Of a stretch of DNA of 44,225 nt, positions 25,138 to 38,314 are shown in pieces. Source of the DNA: Octopus sinensis (taxonomy: Eukaryota); NCBI RefSeq assembly GCF_006345805.1, contig NW_021836809.1:1-44225 (forward strand). The letters run 5' to 3'. The notes beneath the pieces were generated by a model that was not told the origin of the DNA, did not search any database, and worked only from the letters and a program-made list of their open reading frames with translations. The position numbers were made by a program, and so were the translations under genes. Position 1 is the stretch's first letter, and each line of letters starts with the position of its first letter.

Positions 25138-26218
25138 TGCCACCACCACCACCACCACCACCACCACCACCACCACCACCACACCCCACCACCACCACCA
25201 CACCACCATCACCACCACCACACCATCACCACCACCACCACCACCATCACCACCATTACCACCACCACCACCATTACACACACCATCACCACCACCACAC
25301 CACCATCACACCACCCCACCACCACCACCATCAACCCACCATTACCACCACCACCACCATATACCACCACCATCACCACCACCACCACCACCATCACCAC
25401 CAACCACCACCATCACCACCATACACCACCCACCACCACCACACTATCACCACCATCACCACCACCACCACCACCACCATCACCACCATTACCACCACCA
25501 CCACACACCATTACCACTACCATCCCACCACTATCACACCACCACCACCACCACCACCACCACCATATACTACCACCACCACCACCACCACCACAACCAT
25601 TACTAACACCACCACACCATTCACCAACCATCCCACCACCATCACCACCACCTCACCACCACCACCACAGACCACCACACCGCCACCACACCAACCCATC
25701 ACCACATCACCACACCACCAACACCATCACTATCACCACCACCATCACCACCATCACCACCACCACCACTATCACCACCACCATCACCACCACCACCACC
25801 GCCACCACCACCGCCACCACCACCGCCACCACTGCTGGTTTATTTGCACCCTGTGTCATGCTGACACTGTCTTCTTCATCATCATCATCGTTATCACTAC
25901 CATTATTACCACCATCACTACCACCAACGCTACTGCCACCACCGCCGCCTCCGTCACCACCATCACCGTTACCACCACCACTGCTTCCACCATCACCACC
26001 TCATGGCCACAACCAGAACCACCACCACCACCACCACCATCACCACCGCTGGTTTATTTGTACTCTGTGTCATGCTGACACCATCTTCTTCATCATCATC
26101 GTTATCACTACAGCTATTACCACCACCACCACCACACCCCACCACCACCACCACCACCGTTACCACTACCACTGCTTCCACCATCACCACCTCAGGGCTA
26201 CAACCAAAACCACCACCT
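25138..26218. repeat. (CAC)n array with a ~214-bp internal duplication
   Basis: GCTGGTTTATTTG..CTGTGTCATGCTGACAC occurs at 25834 and 26048. Confidence 0.9.
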
Positions 26219-26564
26219 CTAGCGCTACTTCAACCATGAAGGGAAATAGGTTGTACTGAACACTTCCATATGGCTGTGTCCCCTGAAAATAGTGACAATG
26301 TTTTGAAGCAACGACAACAACAACAACAACAAGAACAAGAACACAAGCAATGGTAATAACAACAGCAACAATGGTAACAACATGGAGAAATTTCAGCCAA
26401 GTAAAAGAATGGCAAAGACCAAACTGATGGTGGAAGACAAAGCTACAGCGACAACAACGACAACAACAACTACAAGAAGGGAAAAAAAAATTGTGGTTAT
26501 TTCAGAACGATAATATCAACAACAACATTGTTGATACTGTGGTTGTTAATGGTTATGCTTACAA

Positions 26565-26624
26565 GCATACATGCATACATACAAGTATACACACACATAC
26601 ATACATAATACATACATTCATACA

Positions 26625-26658
<34 letters not shown>

Positions 26659-27150
26659 CATACGTATACATACATACATACATACATACATACATACATA
26701 CATACATACATACATACATACATACATACATACATACATACTACATACATACATACTACATACATACGTATACATACATACATACATACATACATACATA
26801 CATACATACATACATACATACATACTACATACATACGTATACATACATACGTACATACATACATACATACATAGTTACATACATGCATACATACATAGTT
26901 ACATACATACATACATACATACATACGTATACATACATACATACATACATACATACATACCATACATACATACTACATACATACGTATACATACATACGT
27001 ACATACATACATACATACATAGTTACATACATGCATACATACATAGTTACATACATGCATACATACATACATACGTATACATACATACATACATACACAC
27101 ACACATACATACATACATACACACATACATACATACATACTTACATACAT
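26565..27150. repeat. (TACA)n array
   Basis: Directly visible. It is followed by a SINE A 3' half at 27170-27370. Confidence 0.95.
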
Positions 27151-27459
27151 ATGTATGTGTGTGTATATGTTTGTGTGTCTGTGTTTGTCCCCCTAGCATT
27201 GTGCTGGTGTGTTTACGTCCCTGTCACTTAGCGGTTTGGCAAAAGAGACCGATAGAATAAGTACTGGGCTTACAAAAGAATAAGTCCTGGGGTCGATTTG
27301 CTCGACTAAAGGCGGTGCTCCAGCATGGCCGCAGTCAAATGACTGAAACAAGTAAAAGAGTAAAAGAGTATACATACATACATACATACATACATACATA
27401 CAAACATACATACATACATACATACATACATACATACATACATACATAATATATATACA

Positions 27460-27785
27460 TCATAGCTGCACCCTCGTTACACGAGAAAACCCATTGCCAA
27501 AAAGACTGAAATAACTCATTCTTGTTGCCATGTGATGCCCTTATATGAATTTTAAGCCCAGCCAAACTTTTACACATTGTATTATATACTGGACAACTGT
27601 GCTGGCTGGCAGGAGAAACATGTGCCACCATGTGCAATCTATTAACATGTCTTTTCAGGCCCCCAACTGAGAGGCTCACCCTACCACATTTTACACACGT
27701 TCTGTTGTGAATTTTAATGGTCACATCACTGTTTATCATGGGTCGATTCCTGTGAGATTTTTGATGGCTCACCAGGCTTGCACAA
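27460..27785 (-). pseudogene. 3' end of an RTE/BovB-like LINE with C-terminal C2H2 zinc fingers
   Basis: SLVSHQKSH...CVKCGRVSLSVGGLKRHVNRLH...CPVYNTMCKSLAGLKIHIRASH, followed by a CTCG..CGAG hairpin and a short ATG tail. Confidence 0.65.
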
Positions 27786-27819
27786 CATACACATACATAC
27801 ATACATACATACATATATG

Positions 27820-28130
27820 TATCACTTTGATCACTTTGACCAACCAGTCCGTCAGGCGTCCATTTGACACCGCTGGTCACAGCACACTGTCCACTCCTCT
27901 CTGCATCGCGCCTTTCTCATCCACGTGATCCCAATCGTCCTCTTGAAATCGTCACTCCACCGTCGTGGAGGTCTTCCGGGTAGTCTTTTCCGCTCAAACG
28001 GGTACCACTCGACAACTGCGTGCGTCCACCGATTATCGGTGAGCCGGGCGACGTGTCCAGCCCATCTATACTTGCTGCGAGTATACTCTGCGATGACATC
28101 TCTCACGCCGGACTTCTTTCTGATGATGTT
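27820..28130 (-). pseudogene. RTE LINE 3' end (RT thumb and C-terminus)
   Basis: IRKKSGVRDVI...RWAGHVARLTDNRWT..V.EWYP...R..GRPPRRWSDD...W, then a stop and a (TCAAAGTGA)2 tail. Confidence 0.9.
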
Positions 28131-28372
28131 GCTACTTTTCTCTGCATGTCTCGAACAGATCATCAGAGGCATCGAATGGCAAGGTGGTGTCAACATCAAT
28201 GGCGAGCTCCTCACTCACCTCCGTTTCGCTGACGACATCGTACTCATCGCTGAAAACATGGATCAGCTTCAGACCATGCTGAAGGAGCTCAACATCAAAA
28301 GTTCTGCAGTAGGTCTCAAGATGAACCGCATGAAAACAAAGTTCATGCGGTCAGACAACGTACCAACAGGTC
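28131..28372 (+). pseudogene. RTE reverse-transcriptase fragment, inverted relative to its 3' end
   Basis: LFSACLEQIIRGIEWQGGVNINGELLTHLRFADDIVLIAE..L..ML.EL....VGLKMN..KTKFM, containing the RT catalytic FADD. Confidence 0.9.
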
Positions 28373-28594
28373 GAATATATATATATATAGATATAATAAA
28401 TAAATATAAGAGAGTGGTCACTATATGGCTCACTCTAGCACCAGTTAATCCAAAAGGTTTCAACCACGAAAATACATGTTTCCCATGAAAGCCAGTACGA
28501 ATGTTAGCTCACACGGACAGGGCAAGTAAAAAATAACAAAAATACAGATTATTTTGGGACAATTGCTTCGCTATTAGATATAAATATATATGGT

Positions 28595-29012
28595 TGTGTT
28601 TTTGTCCCCATGGTTGCTTGGCACCCGATGTTGGTGTGTTTACATATATGTACTTATTCTATCGGTTTCTATGGCTGAACCACTAAGTTACTGGGGACAT
28701 AAACACACCAACATCGATTGTCAAGCGAAGGCGGGTGGGGGGGACAAACACAGACACACAAATACATATATATATGTGTTGTGTGTGTGTGTGTGGCAAA
28801 TGAAAGATGGAAGAGATGGAATATACGAATATTTATATATATATATATAAGATGGGCTTCTTTCTGTTTCCATCCACTAAATCCATTCACAAGGCTCTGG
28901 ACGGCCCTAGGCTATAGTAGGAGATACTTGGCGAAGGTGTCACACATTGGGACTGTACCCAGAACCATGTGGTTGGGAAGCAAGTTTCTTACCACACTGC
29001 TACTCCTCTGTC
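28595..29012 (-). mobile_element. Old rearranged SINE A
   Basis: Minus-strand copy preceded by a short plus-strand piece of its own body (28595-28642). Confidence 0.7.
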
Positions 29013-29049
29013 TGTATTGAATATTAATATATACATATGCAACCCCCCC

Positions 29050-29298
29050 CCCACATAAAAAGCACCATCCGAACGTGGCCGATGCCAGACCCCTCTGGCA
29101 CCTGTGCAGTGGCACGTAAAAAAACACCCACTACACTCGTGGAGTGGTTGGCTTAGGAAGGGCATCCAGCTGTAGAAACACTGCCAGACTAGACTGGAGC
29201 CTGGGGCAGTCCCTAGCTCCCCAGACCCGGTCGAAACCGTCCAACCCGTGCTAGCGCGGAAAACGGACGTTAAACGATGATGATGATGATGATGATGA
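29050..29298 (+). mobile_element. SINE D, 3' part
   Basis: Ends in GGACGTTAAAC(GAT)n. Confidence 0.8.
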
Positions 29299-29971
29299 TA
29301 TTATAGATATATTTATAAAATAAATATTAGGGAATAAATCCAAATTTACAGGGAAAAATCAGATTTAGGATTGAATCCAATTTTATAGTAAAATATTATA
29401 TTATATAATATTATATTATATAATAGTGGTTTTGTCTCTAATTAATATAATATATATATTTATATATCTATATAATATTATATATACATCTATATACATA
29501 TATACATATCATATTTATATACATATATATACACACACACAATATATATATATATATGTAATGACAATATATATATATTATCCTTTCTTGTTTCACTTAT
29601 TAGGCTGTGGCTGTGTTGAGGCACCGTCTTGAAGAATTACCTCCAGATGTATATATATATATATATATATACACATATGTATGTATGTATGTAGATATAT
29701 ACATACACATATCTAAATACATACATACATATATATGTGTATGTATATATACTTGTGTGTGTGTCATGTTTATTAGGGTGTAGTGCAGTCTCATGTAATG
29801 TGATCCCTCCTTTTTGTACCCCAAAAAATCGCTAACATATTTCTTCCTCTTTATTTATTTTTACATATTATTTTATTATTTTATACTTTAATTTCGACCC
29901 TGACATCTCGTATGAAATTTCGTAAGAAATTAAACACAATTAGATACGATATATAAAAGAAACACAGCAGA

Positions 29972-29986
29972 GTAATAATAATAATG

Positions 29987-30019
<33 letters not shown>

Positions 30020-30246
30020 TAATAATAATAATAATAATAATGGTGATAATAATAATAATGGTAATAATAGTAATAATAATAATAATTATGGTGATAATAA
30101 TAATAATAATAATAATAATATTAATAATAATAATGGTGATAATAATAATAATGGTAATAATAGTAATAATAATAATAATAATAATAAAAGTAATAATAAT
30201 AAAAATAATAATATTAATAATAATAATAATGGTGATAATAATAATA

Positions 30247-30308
<62 letters not shown>

Positions 30309-30430
30309 AATATTAATAATAATAATAATGGTGATAATAATAATAATGGTAATAATAATAATAAAAATAATAATAATAAAAATAACAATAAAAAAAATAA
30401 TAATATTAATAATAATAATGATAATAATTA
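29972..30430. repeat. (AAT)n array with recurring GGT variants
   Basis: Directly visible. Confidence 0.95.
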
Positions 30431-30859
30431 AATGGAGTATGAAATAAATAACTATAAAAATGGTTTGCTTCTTGAAACTGGAAACGGTAATTTAATATAA
30501 TTCCATTTTAACGAGCCTCAAGACATAAACAAACGTTCTTGTTTGCCTGTAATTCTTGTCTTGTGACATTTATCCGGAGAGAAAAATGTGTCAAAAATTA
30601 ATAGATTAAAAGCTACACCCTAATTAAAGCCGTTTAAAATTTAGCTGTTCGTTTGCCTATTTCTAAATACTGTTTTTGTTCCATCCATCCATCCATTCGT
30701 CCATTCATCGGTCTTTTTTGTGAACTATCCCTGGAAGGGTGTTGGTGGAAGAATCTTCTGGCACCTTATCCATAGGGTCCTGTCAGGAGTATATAAATAT
30801 ACACTCTGGTTGTATTTCAAAGCAGGACTATCTTAAACTATGGCTGTTATCCAACCAGT

Positions 30860-31687
30860 AAATATTCTGCTCAATACCACAGATTTGCTTGTCAGTTGCT
30901 TGGCCATGGAAGCACTCCGTCGGTTACAACGACGAGGGTTCCGGTTGATCCAAATCAACGGAACAGCCTGCTCGTGAAATTAACGTCTAAGTGGCTGAGC
31001 ACTCCACAGACACATGCACCCTTAACGTAGTTCTCGGGGATATTCAGCGTGACACAGAGAGTGACAAGGCCGGCCCCTTGAAATACATGTACAACAGAAA
31101 CAGGAAGTAAGAGTGAGAGAAAGTTGTGGTGAAAGAGTACAGCAGGAATCACCACCAGCCCCTGCCGGAGCCTCGTGGAGCTTTTAGGTGTTTTCGCTCA
31201 ATAAACACTCACAACGCCTGGTCTGGGAATCGAAACCGTGAGTCCGCTGCCCTAACCACTGGGCCATTGCGCCTCCACGCTTGGCCATAACCAGTTGAGC
31301 ATGTCCCTTAGTGACTGACGATTTGTGCATCTCTGATCACGAGCAGAAGTAGTGGGGGAGCATCACAGCCGTGTGTTGAGAGGGTTTCTTTGAGGTTTGG
31401 ATAATTCACCTCTGGAAACATGGGTGTTTCATTCATCATCTTTAAACAAACCTTATTCAGGGACCTTTTGAGATCAATGGGACTTCATCCTGAAGAAAAT
31501 TCTAACTGGGCCCCACCTGCAAGGTCATGTGCTGTTTATCTTGATATGAGATCACCATGTCACGCATATATGGTTGTGATGCATGTGCCTGGTGTACCTT
31601 TATCAGACGGGTAGTCATGATGGGTATATTGGGCTTCGTATATTTTACCCCAGTGTCACTTTGATGGCATGCACTGCTCTCTCACTC
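30860..31687 (+). mobile_element. Family T element interrupted by SINE C
   Basis: Homologous to 9471-9920 on both sides of the insert. Confidence 0.8.
30908..31278 (-). mobile_element. SINE C, full length (tail type i), with a 10-bp TSD
   Basis: TSD GCTTGGCCAT at 30898-30907 and 31279-31288. tRNA-like head with A and B boxes. Confidence 0.9.
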
Positions 31688-31727
<40 letters not shown>

Positions 31728-31751
31728 GTAATAATAATAATAATAATAATA

Positions 31752-32308
31752 AATGCCCTGATGCAGTACCAGACAGTAGGTCTCATGGCTCCTGATCTTC
31801 ACTGAATGGAAGTGTTATCATGTACATTGTTTTGTCTTCATATAAAAGATGGGCTACAGCAAATATTATGCTCAATACCACAGATTTGCTTGTCAGTTGT
31901 TTGACCTTAGACAATTGACGATGTCCCTTAGTAGCTGACAATATGTGCATCTCTGATCATGAGCAGAAGTAGAGGGGGAGCATGATAGCCATGTGTTGAA
32001 AGGAATTCTTAGAGGTTTGGATAATTCACCTTTGGAAACATGGGTGGTTTGTTCAACATCTTTAAATAATCCATATTCAGAGACCTTTCGAGTGGGATGG
32101 GCTACTCAACAAGAAGAAAATTCTAACTGGACACCACCTGCAGGGTCATGTGCTGTTTATCTTGATATGAGATCACCATGTCGCGCACATACGGTTGTGA
32201 TGCATGTACATGGTGCACCCTTATCAGACGGGTAGTGATGATGGGTATATTGGGCTTCGTATATTTTACCCCAGTGTCACTTTGATGGCATGCACTGCTC
32301 TCTCACTC

Positions 32309-32340
<32 letters not shown>

Positions 32341-32531
32341 AAATTCTAACTGGGCCCCACCTGCAAGGTCATGCGCTGTTTATCTTGATATGAGATCACT
32401 ATGTTGTGCATATATGGTTGTGATGCATGTGCCTAGTGTACCCTTATCAGACATGTAGTCATGATGGGTCTACTGGGCTTTGTATAGTTTACCCCAGTGT
32501 CACTTTGATGGCATGCACTGCTTTCTCACTC
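31752..32531 (+). mobile_element. Family T full copy (31752-32308) plus a 5'-truncated copy (32339-32531)
   Basis: Head-to-tail copies separated by (AAT)n. Confidence 0.85.
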
Positions 32532-32583
<52 letters not shown>

Positions 32584-33183
32584 ACTTTCCAAAAGTAACA
32601 AAAGCACCAACACCAACCAGCAACGGCTGAACCGAGGCAGTCAAAGCCTTGTAAACCAATCGCAGTGTGACATCTTAATTATTTATTCCCCTGAACTGAA
32701 GACGGATATTTACATAATTGCTGCAAACAACCAATCACAGCGCTTCAATGTAGTTCACATGACCTACTTCATATGCATATATATATATACATGTGTGGTG
32801 TGTGCGTGCAGATGTCCCTGTGTGTTCGTATGTGGGTGTGTGTGTGTGTATGTGGTGGTGGGAGGGGTTGTTGTCATCGCTGCTGCCGTCATCATCTAGG
32901 TTTGGTCCTCATGAAATCCACCCTTTAGCAAAAGTTTGTCAGCTGTGACCATCCTAAAGTTTTTTTTAGGACATATGTGTATCTATGACTACATTACGTA
33001 ATGTGCTTTTATGGCAGTTTTCATTACTGTTTAGCCCTGGGTCAGTTCCGATCCACTAAACCTAAAACCAAGGGTGTTGTCAAGCAGTAGTGGTGAACAA
33101 ACACAGATGCAAAAAACACATCACACACACACACACACACACAAATATATATACATATTTTTTCTTTTATTTTCGTTTTTTTT

Positions 33184-33599
33184 CTTTTACTTGTTTCAGT
33201 CATTTGACTGTGGCCATGCTGGAGCACTGCCTTTAGTCGAGCAAATCGACCCCAGGACTTATTCTTTGTAAACCTAGTACTTATTTTATCAGTCTCTTTT
33301 GCCAAACCACTAAGTTACAGGGACATAAACACACCATTATCGATTGTCAAGCGATGTTGGGGGAAAAAAACAGAGACACACAAACACACACACACATACA
33401 TATAAATATATATATATATATATATATTATATATACGACAGGCTTCTTTAAGTTTCCGTCTACCAAATCCACTCACAAGGCTTTGGTCGGCCCGAGGCTA
33501 TAGTAGAAGACACTTGCCCAAGGTGCCATGCAGTGGGACTTAACCTGAAACCATGTGGTTGGTAAACAAGCTACTTACCACACAGCCACTCCTGCACCT
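33184..33599 (-). mobile_element. SINE A
   Basis: Full-length copy. Confidence 0.9.
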
Positions 33600-33602
33600 A
33601 CT

Positions 33603-33631
<29 letters not shown>

Positions 33632-33633
<2 letters not shown>

Positions 33634-34040
33634 GGAGTGGCTGTGTGGTAGATAGCTTGTTTACCAACCACATGGTTCCGGGTTCAGTCCCACTGCGTGG
33701 CACCTTGGGCAAGTCTCTTCTACTATAGCCTTGGGCCGACCAAAGCATTGTGAGTGGATTTGGTAGACGGAAACTGAAAGAAGCCCGTCGTATATATATA
33801 TATATATAGATATATATATATGCGTGTGTGTTTGTGTCTGTGTTTGTCCTCCTAGCATTGCTTGACAACTGATGCTGGTGTGTTTATGTCCCCGTTACTT
33901 AGCTGTTCGGCAAAACAGACTGATAAATTAAGTACTGGGCTTACAAAAGAATAAGTCCCGGGGTCGAGTTGCTCGATTAAAGGCGATGCTCCAGCATGGC
34001 CGCAGTCAAATGACTGAAACAAGTAAAGAATAAAAGAATA
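33632..34040 (+). mobile_element. SINE A
   Basis: Full-length copy, head-to-head with the previous one. Confidence 0.9.
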
Positions 34041-34376
34041 AAAAATATATATTATATATATATATATATATATATTTATATACACACATACATACACACA
34101 CACACACATAAATATATATAAATTCGATTAATGCTTATATTAGCCTCATGAAGGGATGGTGTCATCTAAGGAAATACTGATTCAGTACCTAATATTTTGG
34201 GGGAATTGATTTCCTTAAAATAATAGGTTTATTTATAAACTGTAGTTTATATTTATATAAAGGAAGAAGAAGAAAATGGAGATGGTGAAATTAATAAGAG
34301 TTTATAATCAACAACAAATCAATCGTTATCCCTTACAGCTGTTTCGGTTATATGCAGTGAAATTAATCAAATATTA

Positions 34377-34789
34377 ACTCTTTACTCTCTCTTTTACTTG
34401 TTTCAGTCATTTGACTGCGGCCATGCTGGAGCACCGCCTTTAATCAAGCAACTCGACCCCAGGACTTATTCTTTGTAAGCCCAGTACTTATTCTATCGGT
34501 CTCTTTTTGCCGAACCACTAAGTGACGGGGACGTAAACACACCAGCATCGGTTGTCAAGCAATGCTAGGGGGACAAACACAGACACACAAACACATACAT
34601 ATATATATATATATACATATATACGACAGGCTTCTTTCAGTTTCCGTCTACCAAATCCACTCACAAGGCATTGGTCGGCTCAGGGCTATAGCAGAAGACA
34701 CTTGCCCAAAATGTCACGCAATGGGACTGAACCCGGAACCATGTGGTTGGTTAGCAAGCTACTTACCACACAGCCACTCCTGCGCCTAT
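34377..34789 (-). mobile_element. SINE A, inserted inside an HHR motif
   Basis: Full-length copy. The HHR halves lie at 34331-34357 and 34803-34821. Confidence 0.9.
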
Positions 34790-34919
34790 GTTCATATTTA
34801 TGAGCATAATCTCTTCAGAGGAGTAAAATACCCTAAGGATTTTTGTAGGTTTGTTTATAGATTCATCACAGCAGACTGGATGATACCATTTATGATTTGT
34901 AAATTGATCAACATCAATG

Positions 34920-35262
34920 GAAATTGTAGCTGTGATACCAGTGCTGGTGGCATATAAGAGAACCATTCGAACGTGGCCGTTGCCAGCGCCTCCCTGACTG
35001 GCCTCCGTGCCGGGGGCACGTAAAAAGCACCATCCATCCATGGTCGTTTGCCAGCCTCGTCTGGCACCTGTGCTGGTGGCACGTAAAAAGCACCCATGAC
35101 ACTCATGGAGTGGTTGGCGTTAGGAAGGGCATCCAGCTGTAGAAACACTGCCAGATCAGACCGGAGCCTGGTGCAGCCTCCTGGCTTCCTAGACCCCAGT
35201 TGAACCATCCAACACAGGCTAGCATGGAAAGCGGACGTTAAACGATGATGATGATGATGATG
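34920..35262 (+). mobile_element. SINE D, 3' part
   Basis: Internal GGCACGTAAAAAGCACC repeats and a (GAT)n tail. Confidence 0.8.
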
Positions 35263-35514
35263 GTTCATATGTGTTTGAGCGAGGGGTTAGCATGTTGGTT
35301 GGTGGAAATATAGAGTAGGTAAATAGAGTTAGGGTATTGAATGAATAAATTAAATTGGAGATTATGGAGGAAAGTACAATGTAAATAAAGTGATGAAATA
35401 AAGTACGTTTGTAAGTTGTATACAAAGTTGAGAAAATTTGTATATATATATATATAAGTACATACACACGTATATATGCATGTACATGTATTCACCTGTA
35501 CGTCCACATATATA

Positions 35515-35670
35515 GGGAGCATTCACAAAAAAAGAAAAGACGAAGACAGGTGGCATAGATAAAAAAACAGATGTATTAGTATAATGCTCGGAAAGTGGAA
35601 AAGTTTTAATGTTTCAAGCCTACGCTCTTCCACAGAAAGGAACACAGAAAGAAACAAGGAGAGGAAAATA
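35515..35670 (-). mobile_element. Short PLE-derived element with a decayed HHR-like motif at 35604-35639
   Basis: The minus strand reads CTTT-CTGTGGAA-GAGC gtag GCTT-GAAAC-ATT-AAAA. Confidence 0.55.
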
Positions 35671-35685
35671 AAATATATATATATA

Positions 35686-35727
<42 letters not shown>

Positions 35728-35766
35728 TATATATATATATACATACAATATATAATATAATATATA

Positions 35767-35817
<51 letters not shown>

Positions 35818-35838
35818 CATATATATATATAATATATA

Positions 35839-35901
<63 letters not shown>

Positions 35902-35942
35902 TAACAAAGTTGAGTTGTGGGGTATCGCATGAGTGGAATTAT

Positions 35943-36566
35943 ATACGAAAGAAGGTTTGAAAATGCAATTTAAAAGATGTTTATTTACTTAACCGGTTTC
36001 ACTCTTTGGAAAAAGATTGTCAAAAGTAACATTGAATATTATGAATTCAAAACTGGGTACAATTCTCTCAATTCAACATTTCTGCTAAAACGAACAGGTC
36101 AGTAAAAACAAACTCTCGCCTTCAATTCAAAATATTCTGAGATGTATAAAATATTCCTTTTAATTTTTTCTGTCAATATTACAAATTTTCTCACCATACT
36201 ATTGCACTTCCTTATGTCTTTAACATGTCCTTTCTACCAAAGACTGTATATATATACATGTAATGTGACAATTTGCAACAACCAATAATTAACGCAACCA
36301 AATTTCCAATAATATATTTATTTTATTATTTTCTGCCAATTTTTCCAAATATTCTCATCACACTGTTGAACTTCTTTATGCCCTTAACATATCTCTGTTA
36401 CCAAACACTATATTTATACATGTAATGTGACAATTATGTAAAAAACTTTTTTGAATTCATAATATTCAATGTTACTTTTGACAATCTTTTTCCAAAGAGT
36501 AAATAAACATCTTTATTAAGTAAATAAACATCTTTTAAATTGCATTTTCAAACCTTCTTTCGTATA
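35943..36566. repeat. Inverted repeat (35943-36052 and 36449-36566) enclosing two diverged direct repeats
   Basis: The arms are reverse complements. The inner copies lie at ~36163-36280 and ~36329-36443. Confidence 0.8.
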
Positions 36567-36709
36567 TATATATATATATATATTTATATATTATATATAT
36601 ATTATAATATATAGTCAATAATAATAAGGGCAAAATTAATTAATTAACTAGTAATTAATAATTTACCAAGTGTTGTTCAGTATGTAAAAGGACCATTTAC
36701 GGTACATTT

Positions 36710-36814
36710 AACATTACTTTATATAATCAGGGTTCAGCAAAAAAATTGCTTTACCAGTTCTGTATGTGGTAAAGCAAATTTTTTTGCTGAACCCTAATAA
36801 TATAAAGTAATGTT
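36710..36814. repeat. Near-perfect fold-back palindrome
   Basis: AACATTACTTTATAT..AGGGTTCAGCAAAAAAATTGCTTTACCA, a ~10-nt loop, then the reverse complement. Confidence 0.9.
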
Positions 36815-36826
36815 TATATATATATT

Positions 36827-36857
<31 letters not shown>

Positions 36858-37174
36858 TAGTAGAAATATGTTACGAAAAGAAAATATAAAATACACGTGG
36901 AAATGTAAGGGTAAAATATGAAAAATCAATGAAAATGCATATTGCAAATAGAAAAAGGCTATTTATGACAGGTAAAGACAAATATATACATTTAGATTGA
37001 CTGAGATAGTAATACGAGTCATAAAAGTCATTATTATAAGATAATTAAAAGATGATAATAAAGTATGGGAACAAAACGGACCATGGTTTACGCAAAGCTA
37101 TTCATGTTATATATATATATATATATGTATAAATATATATATATATATGTATATATACATACATATATATATAT

Positions 37175-37276
<102 letters not shown>

Positions 37277-37619
37277 GTTATATATGTATATATATATATG
37301 TTGAAATGTTCAATGCTAAGCAGTGTTTGGGCATAAGTCAAATTTAGGTTAGTTAACATATGTTTGTGACATATTTCACTTGCAAAAAGGCAAACACACG
37401 GCAGTTACCATGGACAAAATATCTCTCTTATGGTAAAAATCTCTTCACTGTCACCATCTATATCCCATTGACAAGGGTCAATAAGCACGAAACATCGTCG
37501 TCAAGGATTCCTCATAAATGGCAACACCTTTTCACGCCTTTTATCATAAGAGAGATATTTTCTTCACAGTAACTGCAATGTATTTACTTTTTAGCAGTTG
37601 AAATATGTCACTAATATAT

Positions 37620-37852
37620 ATTTCTTTACTACCCACAAAGGGTTTATTCACAGAGAGGACAGACAAGGACAGACAAACGGATTAAGTCGATTACATCGAC
37701 CCCAGTGCGTAACTGGTACTTAATTTATTGACCCCGAAAGGATGAATGGCAAAGTCGACCTTGGCGGAATATGAACCCAGAACGTAACGGCAGACGAAAT
37801 ATGGCTATGCATTTCGCCCGGTGTGCTAACGATTCTGTCAGCTCGCTGCCTA
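37620..37852 (-). mobile_element. SINE B monomer
   Basis: Reverse complement of the head plus one unit of the 12177-12955 array. Confidence 0.85.
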
Positions 37853-37909
37853 TATCACTAATATACTTTAACTAACTTAAGTTTTGCTTATGCATATATA
37901 TACACACTG

Positions 37910-38062
37910 TGGGCTTCTTTCAGTTTCCATCTACCAAACTAACTCACGAGGCCTTCGTTGGCCCAGATTATAGTAGATGATACTTTCTCAGGATGCTACA
38001 CAGTGGGACTGAACTTGGAACCATGTGGTAGGGAAGCAAGCTTCTTATCACACAGCCACTCT
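37910..38062 (-). mobile_element. Old SINE A, 5' half
   Basis: Diverged head. Confidence 0.7.
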
Positions 38063-38116
38063 GTACACACACACCACACACACACACATGTAAGCGTATA
38101 CATATATGTGTGTGTA

Positions 38117-38149
<33 letters not shown>

Positions 38150-38238
38150 TATAATTTTTTTTTAAAATAGATATAGATATTGTCCTAGCTTTGCAGGGTC
38201 TCACATAAACAAGCGACATATATATTATCATATAATAC

Positions 38239-38314
<76 letters not shown>

